55,867 nt of DNA, taken from Candidatus Omnitrophota bacterium (GTDB taxonomy: Bacteria > Ratteibacteria > UBA8468 > MWAK01). Position 1 is the stretch's first letter, and every line of letters begins with the position of its first letter. The position numbers and the translations under genes were made by a program. The notes beneath the pieces were generated by a model, which saw only the letters and a list, made by a program, of their open reading frames with translations, did no database searches and had not been told where the DNA came from. The stretch lies in contig JAZDPL010000060.1 of assembly GCA_043797665.1 (NCBI GenBank), positions 1 through 55,867 on the forward strand, in the 5' to 3' direction. Shown one piece after another: positions 9,404 to 18,449 of this stretch.

Positions 9404-10396
9404 TTACACTTTGATAATCTTCGGTTTCTCAACCAGCAAAGCACGCCGTTTCAAGAGGTTCAACGTCTTCTCTATCCTCATCTGGTTTCGCAAATCATCC
9501 TTCTTTTCCGGGTCAAAGAGTTTTGCATACTCTTCTTTCTCCCTTCCGGCCAACTTAGCCAGAATCTCAATCCGCTTGTTCACGTCATCATCAGTTACTT
9601 CCACCTTTTCCCGGCCGGCAATTTCCGAAAGGACAAAAGACGCTTTCACTTCCCGTTCCGCCCGGGGTTTTAACTTCGTCATAAGTTCGGAAACGACCTT
9701 TTTCTGTTCCTCCTGGGGTTTTTTGGCAAAGTCAGGGGTGCTGACCGCGGCTTCTCTCACTAATTCCATGGTCCTCCGCTGGACCAGGCTTTCCGGTGCG
9801 GAAATCTCTGCCCGCTCCAGAAGTTGGTTGATGAGCCTTTCATCTTCCTCCTGTTCCGCCAGCGCTTTAGTCTGAACCTCCAGACGTTGGCGCACCGAAC
9901 TTTTGAGATTCTCCCTTACCTTTAAATCGCGGGCTTGAATCTGTAACTGGGGATTATGTTTTAAAACCTCTTCCAAAACGCGATTGGTCTCTTCTTCGGA
10001 AATATCCGTTTTCTTTTGTTCCAGCGAAAGGCCGCCGTAAGATTCCAATTTCACCTTCGGGGCAACGTCAAAAACCGCGGTATAAACCAGCCGGTCTTCA
10101 ATACTTTCCACCTCGGATATGGCCGGTTCACTGACCGGTTGGAGATCTTTCTCTTTCAAAGATTCCTGGTAGGTCTCCGGTATCAGACGTTCCATGACCT
10201 CGTGATTAATTGAGTCTTGAAACCGGCTTTTAATCAGATTGCGGGGTGCTTTACCGGGCCGAAAACCCGGAATAACCGCTTTCTTCTCAACACCATTTAA
10301 AACCTCTTCCCAGGTTTTCTTAACCTTTTCCGGGTCAGCCTCCACCCGCAAACTGCGGCGACACCCTTCCAGTTCCTTCAGTTCTGCTTTAATCAT
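9404..10396 (-). CDS. tig: trigger factor (short form lacking a recognisable PPIase domain)
   Basis: The N-terminal ribosome-binding signature GFRPGKAP is present. The remainder is a charged helical region. 330 aa, against ~430 for canonical trigger factor. Confidence 0.75.
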   Translation of the reverse strand: MIKAELKELEGCRRSLRVEADPEKVKKTWEEVLNGVEKKAVIPGFRPGKAPRNLIKSRFQDSINHEVMERLIPETYQESLKEKDLQPVSEPAISEVESIEDRLVYTAVFDVAPKVKLESYGGLSLEQKKTDISEEETNRVLEEVLKHNPQLQIQARDLKVRENLKSSVRQRLEVQTKALAEQEEDERLINQLLERAEISAPESLVQRRTMELVREAAVSTPDFAKKPQEEQKKVVSELMTKLKPRAEREVKASFVLSEIAGREKVEVTDDDVNKRIEILAKLAGREKEEYAKLFDPEKKDDLRNQMRIEKTLNLLKRRALLVEKPKIIKV

Positions 10397-10411
10397 ATTA
10401 TTTCTTAAAAG

Positions 10412-10430
10412 TGGGCAGGGGAGGATTTGG
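10412..10430 (-). repeat. partial duplicate of the tRNA-Tyr T-loop/acceptor 3' end, abutting the same GGCGCCCTC junction as at tRNA-Ser
   Basis: gtgggcaggggaggattt matches the 3' end of tRNA-Tyr and is followed by ggcgccctccgcc. Confidence 0.7.
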
Positions 10431-10611
10431 CGCCCTCCGCCGATAAATTCTTAATGCGGATTTCATCCGCATCGGCTCCGGGTCGGCCATTCGACCATTC
10501 GTTGCTCCCTATTTCTTCGCCACTCATAACCGGTCTCTCTTCAAATCCTCCGTGCCGTTTCCACATTAAACTTTTCTGTTTCTCCCAAACAATTCCGCTT
10601 TCTCTAAATTT

Positions 10612-10699
10612 TGGTGGGCAGGGGAGGATTTGAACCTCCGAAGACCTTCCGGTCGCCAGATTTACAGTCTGGTGCGATTGGCCGCTCCGCCACCTACCC
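10612..10699 (-). tRNA. tRNA-Tyr (anticodon GTA), class II with long variable arm, CCA encoded
   Basis: Reverse complement: GGGTAGG acceptor, anticodon stem CCAGA/TCTGG with loop CTGTAAA, long variable arm, T-arm GGAGG-TTCAAAT-CCTCC, acceptor CCTGCCC, A, CCA. Confidence 0.85.
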
Positions 10700-10768
10700 T
10701 ATAGATATTATGTCATTGAATATATAATTATACTTCTTCTGAGGGGATTTCGTCAAAAGGGAAGAGAT

Positions 10769-11929
10769 TTAATAGCTTCTGTATTTTTCCGCGGTCTCGC
10801 GCATCAGGAGAAAATTCTCCGCCGGTACTCCCCAGTGGATAGAATTGGAAGAACCAAAGATATAGTTCCCTCCGGGTTTGCCCTTCTCAAAACATTCCTT
10901 TACCTCTTTCTCAATCCGCTCCCTGGGTCCGTTAACCAGAGTCTCTCCGCAGTCCAGGTTGCCCCACAGAACCAGATTCGGAAACTTTTCTTTCAATTTC
11001 ACCAAATCCATCCCGGCGGTGGACTGAATCTCCCCAAAACCATCCGCACCAGACTTTACCAGAAGGTCATCGGCAATTTGCCAGATATTACCGTCGGTCC
11101 GAAAAATATAGGGAAGGTTTAATTGATGGCACCGTTCAATCAATTTCTGGAAACGCGGCAGGACCATTTCCCGGAAGACCTTTGGCGAATAGACCGGACC
11201 ATTTTTGTCCGCCAAATCTCCGCCGCCATTGATAAAATCAATACCGTGCCTGGCTGCCTCTTCCACGTATGCCAGACTCCAATGGAGGGCATTATCCAGG
11301 TGGAGTTCCACTATCTCCGGTTTTAGCAATACCGCCTGAAGCCAAGCCGGCTGGATGGGAATAGCAAATGCCTGGCTAATACAAATTGCTCTTTCCTTAC
11401 CCAACCTCTGGACAACCTCGTCAACCGCCTCCCACTCTGATGGGTTAAAGACTACTTCTTTTTCCAGGTTTTCTTTCAATTCCTCTTCCAAAGATTTCAA
11501 GTCTTCAACCTTCTGGCAAGAAGAACCTTCAGCTACCGTAAAAAATTCGCCCGAGGACGGACTAAACTTACGAACAAGCGTAGATTTACTTTTGTCTTTG
11601 GGGTCTATGTAACGATAGGTGTACTCATCCACTCGCTCTGGCAGAGAATCTATCTTCCCTTTCTTCGGCACCAGCCCTACCGGTACGATGTCCATATCCA
11701 GTTTTTGATATAACTCAATCGTATCCTCAATAGAGCGCCTGACCAACCAGTCCCGTTTACCTTCTATTAAGGCATCCAGAGAATCTTTGGCGAATTCTCC
11801 GCCGCCGGTGTAGGCGTACCGTCCCAAAATTTGAGCAGCAACCCGGGAGACGACCAATTGCTCAAAGACCGGCACCTTATCCGGAATCTCGTGCCGGAAA
11901 ACCTTTTTTACCCTTTCTTTTGACGTCAT
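10769..11929 (-). CDS. uroporphyrinogen-decarboxylase-like (URO-D / MtaA-CmuA-like) family protein
   Basis: ~386 aa with URO-D-fold features (C-terminal NLVLWGN..DCGETL, IFGSSNSI). 4-nt overlap with the upstream paralog. Confidence 0.7.
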   Translation of the reverse strand: MTSKERVKKVFRHEIPDKVPVFEQLVVSRVAAQILGRYAYTGGGEFAKDSLDALIEGKRDWLVRRSIEDTIELYQKLDMDIVPVGLVPKKGKIDSLPERVDEYTYRYIDPKDKSKSTLVRKFSPSSGEFFTVAEGSSCQKVEDLKSLEEELKENLEKEVVFNPSEWEAVDEVVQRLGKERAICISQAFAIPIQPAWLQAVLLKPEIVELHLDNALHWSLAYVEEAARHGIDFINGGGDLADKNGPVYSPKVFREMVLPRFQKLIERCHQLNLPYIFRTDGNIWQIADDLLVKSGADGFGEIQSTAGMDLVKLKEKFPNLVLWGNLDCGETLVNGPRERIEKEVKECFEKGKPGGNYIFGSSNSIHWGVPAENFLLMRETAEKYRSY

Positions 11930-12963
11930 TCCCTTCTTTTCCAGCCCTGGTCAAGCATCGTTAAGTAATTTTCTACCGGGACGTAATCAGTGATACTGTT
12001 CCCGGAACCGAGCGCATAACCTCCGGAACCGCCCACCTCTTTGAGCAAATAATTCACGTAATCTCTTACCTCTTTTCCCGAATTCCGGCAGAGCCGGTCA
12101 ACGTCAAAACCACCCAGGAGGGCAATCCGGTCTCCGTAAATCTTTTTTGCTTGCGTAACCGGTAATATCGCATCCTCATAAGAGTGTTTGGCATCTATCC
12201 CGACATCTTCAATTATATCCTCCATTATCAGAGAAAGGTTCCCGCAGGAATGCAGGATACAGGGCTTGTTATGTTCGTGGATAATCTTGGCCAGTCTTTT
12301 GTGCCAGGGTAAAACAAATTCCCGGAGGTCCTGGGGGGAAATCAGGGTCTGGGTCTTAAAACCCAGATCGTCACTGATGACCAGGGCACCGACCTCGGGA
12401 ATAGCCGCCATTCCGGAATAGAGCCTTTCGTACAGTATACCTATGTGTTCAAAAATTTCGTGAACCAGACCGCGGTCATCGGCCAACAAACAACACAGGT
12501 TCTGGTATCCGCAAATATATTCCGCCATCTCAAAGATACCGCCGGTCTGACCAATCATCTTCATCCCGGCCGGCAGTATTGGAATCACCGCCTCAAACTC
12601 CGAAAATCTGATTGAGGATGGCTCCGGCCAGGAGTAACGCTCAAAATCCTCACGATTGGTGACCGGATAACCCGGCCTGGTATCAATAAGACTTCCCACT
12701 TTAAACCCTAATGGGTCGGGCCAGACCGGCAGATAGTCATACCCGGACCGGTAATAAAATTCCACAGTGGATACCCGGTCCGGAAGTTTCCTGCCCAGAA
12801 TGGCTTCCATAACTCCAGGGTTAACGAAGAGTTCGTAGAACGGGACATAATCCGGCTTGCCCTTCCGCCACAGAACATTCAACAACTGGTTGAAGTCCGG
12901 CGCCGGCTTAATGGCGGTCTCTTCTAAGGATTTAAAGTGGGACATAATTATCGGAAAGGGCAA
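11926..12963 (-). CDS. uroporphyrinogen-decarboxylase-like (URO-D-like) family protein, paralog
   Basis: 345 aa with the same family features (RIALLGGFDVDRL, ALGSGNSI). ATGA-type overlap with the downstream gene. Confidence 0.7.
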   Translation of the reverse strand: MPFPIIMSHFKSLEETAIKPAPDFNQLLNVLWRKGKPDYVPFYELFVNPGVMEAILGRKLPDRVSTVEFYYRSGYDYLPVWPDPLGFKVGSLIDTRPGYPVTNREDFERYSWPEPSSIRFSEFEAVIPILPAGMKMIGQTGGIFEMAEYICGYQNLCCLLADDRGLVHEIFEHIGILYERLYSGMAAIPEVGALVISDDLGFKTQTLISPQDLREFVLPWHKRLAKIIHEHNKPCILHSCGNLSLIMEDIIEDVGIDAKHSYEDAILPVTQAKKIYGDRIALLGGFDVDRLCRNSGKEVRDYVNYLLKEVGGSGGYALGSGNSITDYVPVENYLTMLDQGWKRRE

Positions 12964-12965
12964 TT

Positions 12966-13979
12966 CTAAAGTTTTATTGCTTTTCCAATCTTGGAGGAGC
13001 GGTAGATGCCGTCCAGCATCTGAAGCATCTCCACACCCTGGCCGGCTGAAGAAATCGGCTCGGAATCAATAAGGATGCTTTCCACGAAGTGTTCAAACTG
13101 GGTTTGATACTTCCGGCTGCTCAAATCAGGCGTTTCCACCTTAGTCTTAGCACCTTCTAATTTAATCACGGAAAAGGGCCACATCGTGGCGCCGCCCCTG
13201 GTGCCGCATATCCGCAAGCCGATTATTGTCTCCCCAACCATGGAAGCCCAGGCGTTGTCAAGATAAATGGTGGCTCCATTCTCAAACTTTATCAAGCCAC
13301 AGCCAAAATCCTCAACATCAAAGTCATTCTTAATCGCCTCGGTATAGGGACCAAACTTCGCGTAGGTGGAACCAAAAACATGGACCGGCTTCGGACAACC
13401 CATCAGGTACCAATTAACGTCCAAAAGATGCACACCGTTATCAATTAAAGCGCCCCCGCCTGACTTCTCTTTCTGAATAAACCAGTTGCCGGCACCGGTG
13501 GGAATCCCCTCCGGAGGCCGTAAATAGTGGGTGTACCCGTAATAGACCTCGCCCAGTTCGCCTTTCTTTAATAATCCGGAAATGCAGTGCGCTTCCGGCG
13601 TAAACCGGAATTTCATCGCAACCATACATTTTTTCTTAGCCTTTTTGGCTGCCTTCGCAATCTTTTGCGCATTAGACAAACTGTCGGCTAACGGCTTTTC
13701 GCAAAGGACATGTTTGCCCTTCTTTAATGCCGCCACCGCCACTTCCGCATGAAGAAAGTTAGGCAGACAGACACTTACGGCGTCAATATCCTTATCGCTT
13801 AAAATTGCGCCGATGTCCTGATACCTCCGGGCTATCTTTGATTCGTCAGCCAGCGTTTTTAACCGGTTCTGGTCCGCGTCGCAGAGCGCGATAACTTCCG
13901 CACCTTTGGTCTTCAAAAAACTCTCCAGGTGCCATTTACCAATACCCAATCCAATAATACCAATTTTTATTGTATCCAT
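12966..13979 (-). CDS. Gfo/Idh/MocA-family NAD(P)-dependent oxidoreductase
   Basis: N-terminal Rossmann GIIGLGIGKWH and the EKP motif, with a C-terminal alpha/beta domain typical of the family. Confidence 0.85.
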   Translation of the reverse strand: MDTIKIGIIGLGIGKWHLESFLKTKGAEVIALCDADQNRLKTLADESKIARRYQDIGAILSDKDIDAVSVCLPNFLHAEVAVAALKKGKHVLCEKPLADSLSNAQKIAKAAKKAKKKCMVAMKFRFTPEAHCISGLLKKGELGEVYYGYTHYLRPPEGIPTGAGNWFIQKEKSGGGALIDNGVHLLDVNWYLMGCPKPVHVFGSTYAKFGPYTEAIKNDFDVEDFGCGLIKFENGATIYLDNAWASMVGETIIGLRICGTRGGATMWPFSVIKLEGAKTKVETPDLSSRKYQTQFEHFVESILIDSEPISSAGQGVEMLQMLDGIYRSSKIGKAIKL

Positions 13980-13984
13980 AGGAT

Positions 13985-14776
13985 TTAAAATTGGTCAAGG
14001 AAACGTTTGGCTTCTGTAATGTCTGCGGCTGGATTCACACCAACTTCACGTTCAATCACATAAAAACCTTTAAACCCGATTTCGTCCATCGCCTTGATGT
14101 ACTCAGGAAAGATAACGTCACCCTGACCCAAGGGCCGTTCATCATAGCCACCGTCCGGGGTCCGGTCTTTCTTTCCGTCCTTGGCGTGGGTATGAATGAT
14201 GTAGTCCTTAAGTTCGTAAACTCCGCCGAGGCAGTCAAACCCGTTCATAACTAAATTCGCCGGGTCGTAATTAACCTTGATGGTGGGTACCTGGATGGTG
14301 TCAAGAAACTTTTTCATTCTGGCCGCCGGTTCCGGCCCGGTTTCGGTCGCCAAATAAACACCGATATTATCCCCGTATTTACCAATCTCGTCCAGACATT
14401 TTCGCATAATGACCACGGTCCTGGCGTTAAAGTCCTCCGGGATAAAACCGATGTGCGTCTGGACGATGGAAACATCCAGCATTCTGGTGTTGTCCATTAT
14501 CCTTTTGGTTCTCTCCACCCGACTCTTCCCTTCCGCCTCGTCTTCCACCGCAAAACCGCCGATATCACCGCAGACCGCACTAATAACCAGATTATGGTCT
14601 TCAAACATCCTGGTTATCTCGGCGGCTTTCTGGGATGAAATCTTTTCCACGTCAACTTCATCCGGTAAACTTGACAATTGCATGCCGGCCAGACCTATCT
14701 CCTGTGCTTTCGCCAAGGCACTTCTGAAGTCAAGCCGGAAGGACGACAAAAACGCTCCCACCTTCAATCTACCCAT
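13985..14776 (-). CDS. sugar phosphate isomerase/epimerase (xylose-isomerase-like TIM barrel) protein
   Basis: AP-endonuclease-2/xylose-isomerase-like TIM-barrel motifs. The start is set at MGRLKV, with a strong SD caaggagg upstream. The longer ORF to 14845 runs through a repeat. Confidence 0.8.
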   Translation of the reverse strand: MGRLKVGAFLSSFRLDFRSALAKAQEIGLAGMQLSSLPDEVDVEKISSQKAAEITRMFEDHNLVISAVCGDIGGFAVEDEAEGKSRVERTKRIMDNTRMLDVSIVQTHIGFIPEDFNARTVVIMRKCLDEIGKYGDNIGVYLATETGPEPAARMKKFLDTIQVPTIKVNYDPANLVMNGFDCLGGVYELKDYIIHTHAKDGKKDRTPDGGYDERPLGQGDVIFPEYIKAMDEIGFKGFYVIEREVGVNPAADITEAKRFLDQF

Positions 14777-14791
14777 ACAAACCTCCTTGTT

Positions 14792-14854
14792 GTCATTCCC
14801 GCATGCCTTTAGCGGGAATCCACTGGATTCCTGTTTAATACCCACAGGAATGAC
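14792..14854 (+). repeat. repeat family 2, copy A (multi-hairpin element GTCATTCC...GGAATGAC)
   Basis: gtcattcccgcatgcctttagcgggaatc...ggattcctgtttaatacccacaggaatgac shows 3 nested inverted repeats. It lies in the divergent promoter region immediately upstream of the SD of the TIM-barrel gene. Confidence 0.6.
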
Positions 14855-14936
14855 ATTATTAAATGATACAATATACTACTTTTCGTTTTTCGGGTCAAGT
14901 GTGCGTTGCGCAGAGATGCTTATTCTATGGTAAAAT

Positions 14937-15590
14937 ATGATTATGGACCGAGAAAAGATTTCAAAAAAGAAGATGTTTATCTTTGACTTAGACGGTACTT
15001 TGATTAATGCGTATCCGGCCATCGTGGAGAGCATGAACTACACCCTCCGGCAGATGAATTACCCCCCCTCGGAACCGGAAAAGATTATCCGGGCAGTGGG
15101 ACTTGGCAACGACGGGTTATTCAGAGTGTTCCTCCGGGAAGAAGATATTTCGCAGGCCCGGGATATCTACCGGCAGCATCACAAAACCCATCTCAAGGGA
15201 AAAATTTCTCTTTTACCCGGTGCCCTGGACTTATTAAAGAGATTAAAATCTTCCGGGAAAATCCTTTCGGTGGCCAGCAACCGGCCGGCTGAAACCGCGC
15301 TCCTTCTCATTTCTGTCCTGGAAATCACCAGTTACTTTGACCGGGTTTTAACCGGTGAAGAAGTTACCAATCCCAAACCGGCCCCGGACATCCTTCTGGC
15401 TCTTCTTAGCCATTTCCGTATTCTTCCGGAAGACGCGCTCTACGTCGGTGATATGACGATTGATGCCCAGACCGGTGCGTCGGCCGGTATAGAAACGGTC
15501 ATTGTAACCACCGGTTCCTCCACCCCGGAAGAAGTCAAAGCCGCCGATCCATACCTTATCATTACATCTCTTCTGGAATTCCCCATCTAA
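14937..15590 (+). CDS. HAD-superfamily hydrolase (phosphoglycolate phosphatase-like)
   Basis: FDLDGTL motif I, S/T motif II, K...GDxxxD motif IV. The true start may be MFIFDLDGTL at 14973. Confidence 0.8.
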   Translation: MIMDREKISKKKMFIFDLDGTLINAYPAIVESMNYTLRQMNYPPSEPEKIIRAVGLGNDGLFRVFLREEDISQARDIYRQHHKTHLKGKISLLPGALDLLKRLKSSGKILSVASNRPAETALLLISVLEITSYFDRVLTGEEVTNPKPAPDILLALLSHFRILPEDALYVGDMTIDAQTGASAGIETVIVTTGSSTPEEVKAADPYLIITSLLEFPI

Positions 15591-15622
15591 TACAAGTAAT
15601 AAATGAATTTACATCAATACTT

Positions 15623-15672
15623 GTAGGGGCTTGATTTATCAAGCCCGCGGGTCGGATAAATCCGACCCCTAC
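15623..15672 (+). repeat. REP-like double-hairpin element R2 (consensus GTAGGGGCTTGATTTATCAAGCCCGCGGGTCGGATAAATCCGACCCCTAC)
   Basis: Read directly. It sits between convergent gene ends. Confidence 0.8.
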
Positions 15673-15675
15673 ATC

Positions 15676-18354
15676 CTAAGTGAAGCGGGATTTAACCTCG
15701 GATAATTTCTCGTAGAATACCGGGATATCTTCAATAATTCGGGGAACGTTCGGAAAAGAGTCGAAAACCTCAGAATATGATTCAACCAGGCGGGGGTCAA
15801 AGATAATTACCACTCCCCGGTCAGTCTTCCTGCGAATTAGACGGCCAAAAGACTGACGCAGGGAGATAATCGCCAGCGGCAGGATGTAATCACGAAACCG
15901 CTGACCGCCTTCTTTTTCCACTGCCTTCTGCCGGGCAAAAATCAGCGGGTCAGACTGGCTGGGAAAAGGTATTTTTTCAATTATCACTGCGGTCAGACCC
16001 GAGATATCGACACCTTCCTGGAAACTCTTGGTACCAAAAAGAAGACAATCGTCGGTGCTCTCTTTTAATCTTTCCACCAAAGAACGTCGGGAACCGTCAA
16101 TATTCTGACAGGATACCGTTATCCCCTTCTTTTCCATCTCCTCCTTAATCCGGCGGTAGACAGCCTCCATCCGGGAACGGGAAAAGAAAAGAACCAACTC
16201 TTTTCCCCGCAAAATAAGCGCAGACTTTTTGATTCCTTCAGACAGAGCGGCCACAAAATTCTCCTCACCCTCTTCGTAATTGTAACAATGGAAATTACGG
16301 GGAACACCCAGAACCGTCTGGGTCGAAAAGTCAAAGGGTGAATTAAGAACCGCCGTAGAGAGGTTCGGAACATCGGCAAGACCCCAGCGTCGTAGAAAAA
16401 AATTGAATCTACCCGCCACCGTCAGGGTGGCTGAAGTCAAAACCGCACTCTTTAACTTATCGAATAATTGTGTTCTTAACATCAGCGCCACATCCACCGG
16501 CGAGGTTTTTAAAAACCAGTTCCCCCTGCCGGTTCCTTCACGTCCGGCAAAAGAGACATAGTTATCGGGAGGATTGAGAATAAGTCCAAAGGTATCACGA
16601 ACGTCCTGGAATTTCTTTGCCAGACGCAGGACCGCTTCACCCCCGCCCTCTTCTTTTGGTTTCCGCAGAAGATTCTCCACTTCCCGCCAGGCTAACAAAA
16701 AGTTTTCAAAGTCCAGATTTATCACCGGCCAGCGCTTATCTTTTTTAAGGTCATCCAGAGATTTTGTGCCGGTCTCCGGCAGTAACGCCAACAGGTGGTT
16801 GGAAGACCGGAACCACAGATCCTTTATTTCCTGAGACTTTTCTTTTATCCGCACCATGGACAGCATCCTGTTAATGGCGGCGTTTTCAATAATATGGCTG
16901 TAGGTCTCGGTTGCAGCGTCCTCAATATTGTGCGCTTCATCCAGTACCAGATAACCGAATTCCGGAAAACCGGCCGGCGGTGAAAGCGTAAGGGCGTGGT
17001 TGGAAATAATGACGTCGGAGGTTTCCGCGTTTTTAAGCGCGACCTGGTAAAAACACCGGTGATAGAACGGGCATAATTTAAGCAGACATTCTTCCGAAGT
17101 GGCTCGCAAATCCTCAAGGTATCCCCGCAAAGCGGGAAACCGGTAGGCTAAAAAATGGGCGCTCTCTGCCAGGATGCCTTCCTCGCTGCGGTGGCAAAAA
17201 GATAACAGGTAGGCTAAGATTACCCGGTCGTGGGGAAGAAGAGTCCTTGGAGCATCAAAAATCTTCTGGAAGCGGCGCCGACAGAAATAATTTTCCCGGC
17301 CCAAAAGACGGCTGGCTTGCCATTTCAGACCGATTAGATTTTCTCTAAGGAAGGGTATCTCTTTCTCCCAAATCTGTGCCTGCAGGTTCTTGGTGTTGGT
17401 AGAGATAACCACTTTCTTGCCGGTGGCATCCGCAAAGAGAACCGCCGGCACAAGGTAAGAAAGAGATTTCCCGACGCCGGTCGGCGCCTCAACCACTAAA
17501 AATTTCCCCTCGGATAAAACATGTTCTACCATCTGCGCCATCTCCAACTGCTGAGGCCGGTATTCATAACCACTCAACCGGTTTAAAATCCCTCCTTCAG
17601 CCAGGATGGCAGAAATCCTCTTTTTTAATGATTTCGGCGGAATTCTTTTACGAATTTCTCTACCAGGCACATCTTGTCTTAAACCGGAATCCGGTGCTGT
17701 AAAAGAATCCTTTTTATCTTGCGGAACCAAAACCTCACCCCGCGTTTCCAGTACCGCTTGAAAAATCCCGGAAAGGAGCGGTTCCTCTTCCTGCAAAAGC
17801 GATATCCACCCTTTCAAAAGCGAATCGTCTATTTCCATCAGCCGGTCGAGCAACCCCCGGAAAAGTTTAAAGGTGTGCCGGGCATCAGAAAGACTCCGGT
17901 GAGATTCGGTCTCCTGAAAGGAATTTTTGATTAAGGCACTCAGGCTGTAACTCTTTTCGGCTGGTGAAATTAAAGCGGTGAAGAGACCGGTATCCAGGCG
18001 TGGATTATTCTTGAACTCAAGCCCTCCCGCTTTCAAAAAAGCCAGGTCAAAGTCCAGGTTGTGTCCGACCATCGGACAGTCCTGAACGAATTCTTTTAAA
18101 GCCGGAAGGACATCGTTGAGAGGCTGACCCTTTTCCAGAATTTCCCGGTCGGTAATACCGGTGAGTTTGGTAATGTAAAACGGAATCGGAATACCCGGAC
18201 TCACCAGGGCGGTAAACGTTCCCTGGACAAGCGGACCCTTTACCTTGACCGCGCCGACCTCAATAATCCTGTCCCGGTCCGGAACCAGTCCGGTTGTTTC
18301 CAGGTCTAAGAAAACCAGAGTTTTATCTAACCAGACCTGAGAAACATCAGCCAT
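15676..18354 (-). CDS. dinG: DinG-family ATP-dependent helicase fused to an N-terminal DnaQ-like 3'-5' exonuclease domain
   Basis: Exo motifs FLDLETTGL, HNLDFDLAFL, HRSLSDARHT. Helicase motifs GVGKS and DEAHN. 892 aa. Confidence 0.9.
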   Translation of the reverse strand: MADVSQVWLDKTLVFLDLETTGLVPDRDRIIEVGAVKVKGPLVQGTFTALVSPGIPIPFYITKLTGITDREILEKGQPLNDVLPALKEFVQDCPMVGHNLDFDLAFLKAGGLEFKNNPRLDTGLFTALISPAEKSYSLSALIKNSFQETESHRSLSDARHTFKLFRGLLDRLMEIDDSLLKGWISLLQEEEPLLSGIFQAVLETRGEVLVPQDKKDSFTAPDSGLRQDVPGREIRKRIPPKSLKKRISAILAEGGILNRLSGYEYRPQQLEMAQMVEHVLSEGKFLVVEAPTGVGKSLSYLVPAVLFADATGKKVVISTNTKNLQAQIWEKEIPFLRENLIGLKWQASRLLGRENYFCRRRFQKIFDAPRTLLPHDRVILAYLLSFCHRSEEGILAESAHFLAYRFPALRGYLEDLRATSEECLLKLCPFYHRCFYQVALKNAETSDVIISNHALTLSPPAGFPEFGYLVLDEAHNIEDAATETYSHIIENAAINRMLSMVRIKEKSQEIKDLWFRSSNHLLALLPETGTKSLDDLKKDKRWPVINLDFENFLLAWREVENLLRKPKEEGGGEAVLRLAKKFQDVRDTFGLILNPPDNYVSFAGREGTGRGNWFLKTSPVDVALMLRTQLFDKLKSAVLTSATLTVAGRFNFFLRRWGLADVPNLSTAVLNSPFDFSTQTVLGVPRNFHCYNYEEGEENFVAALSEGIKKSALILRGKELVLFFSRSRMEAVYRRIKEEMEKKGITVSCQNIDGSRRSLVERLKESTDDCLLFGTKSFQEGVDISGLTAVIIEKIPFPSQSDPLIFARQKAVEKEGGQRFRDYILPLAIISLRQSFGRLIRRKTDRGVVIIFDPRLVESYSEVFDSFPNVPRIIEDIPVFYEKLSEVKSRFT

Positions 18355-18371
18355 CTTTTGGAAAAGACGTT

Positions 18372-18421
18372 GTAGGGGCTTGATTTATCAAGCCCGCGGG
18401 TCGGATGAATCCGACCCCTAC
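18372..18421 (+). repeat. REP-like element R3 (gatgaatc variant), followed by atcaaattatttat
   Basis: Read directly. Confidence 0.8.
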
Positions 18422-18449
18422 ATCAAATTATTTATAAGAAAAGGAATTG

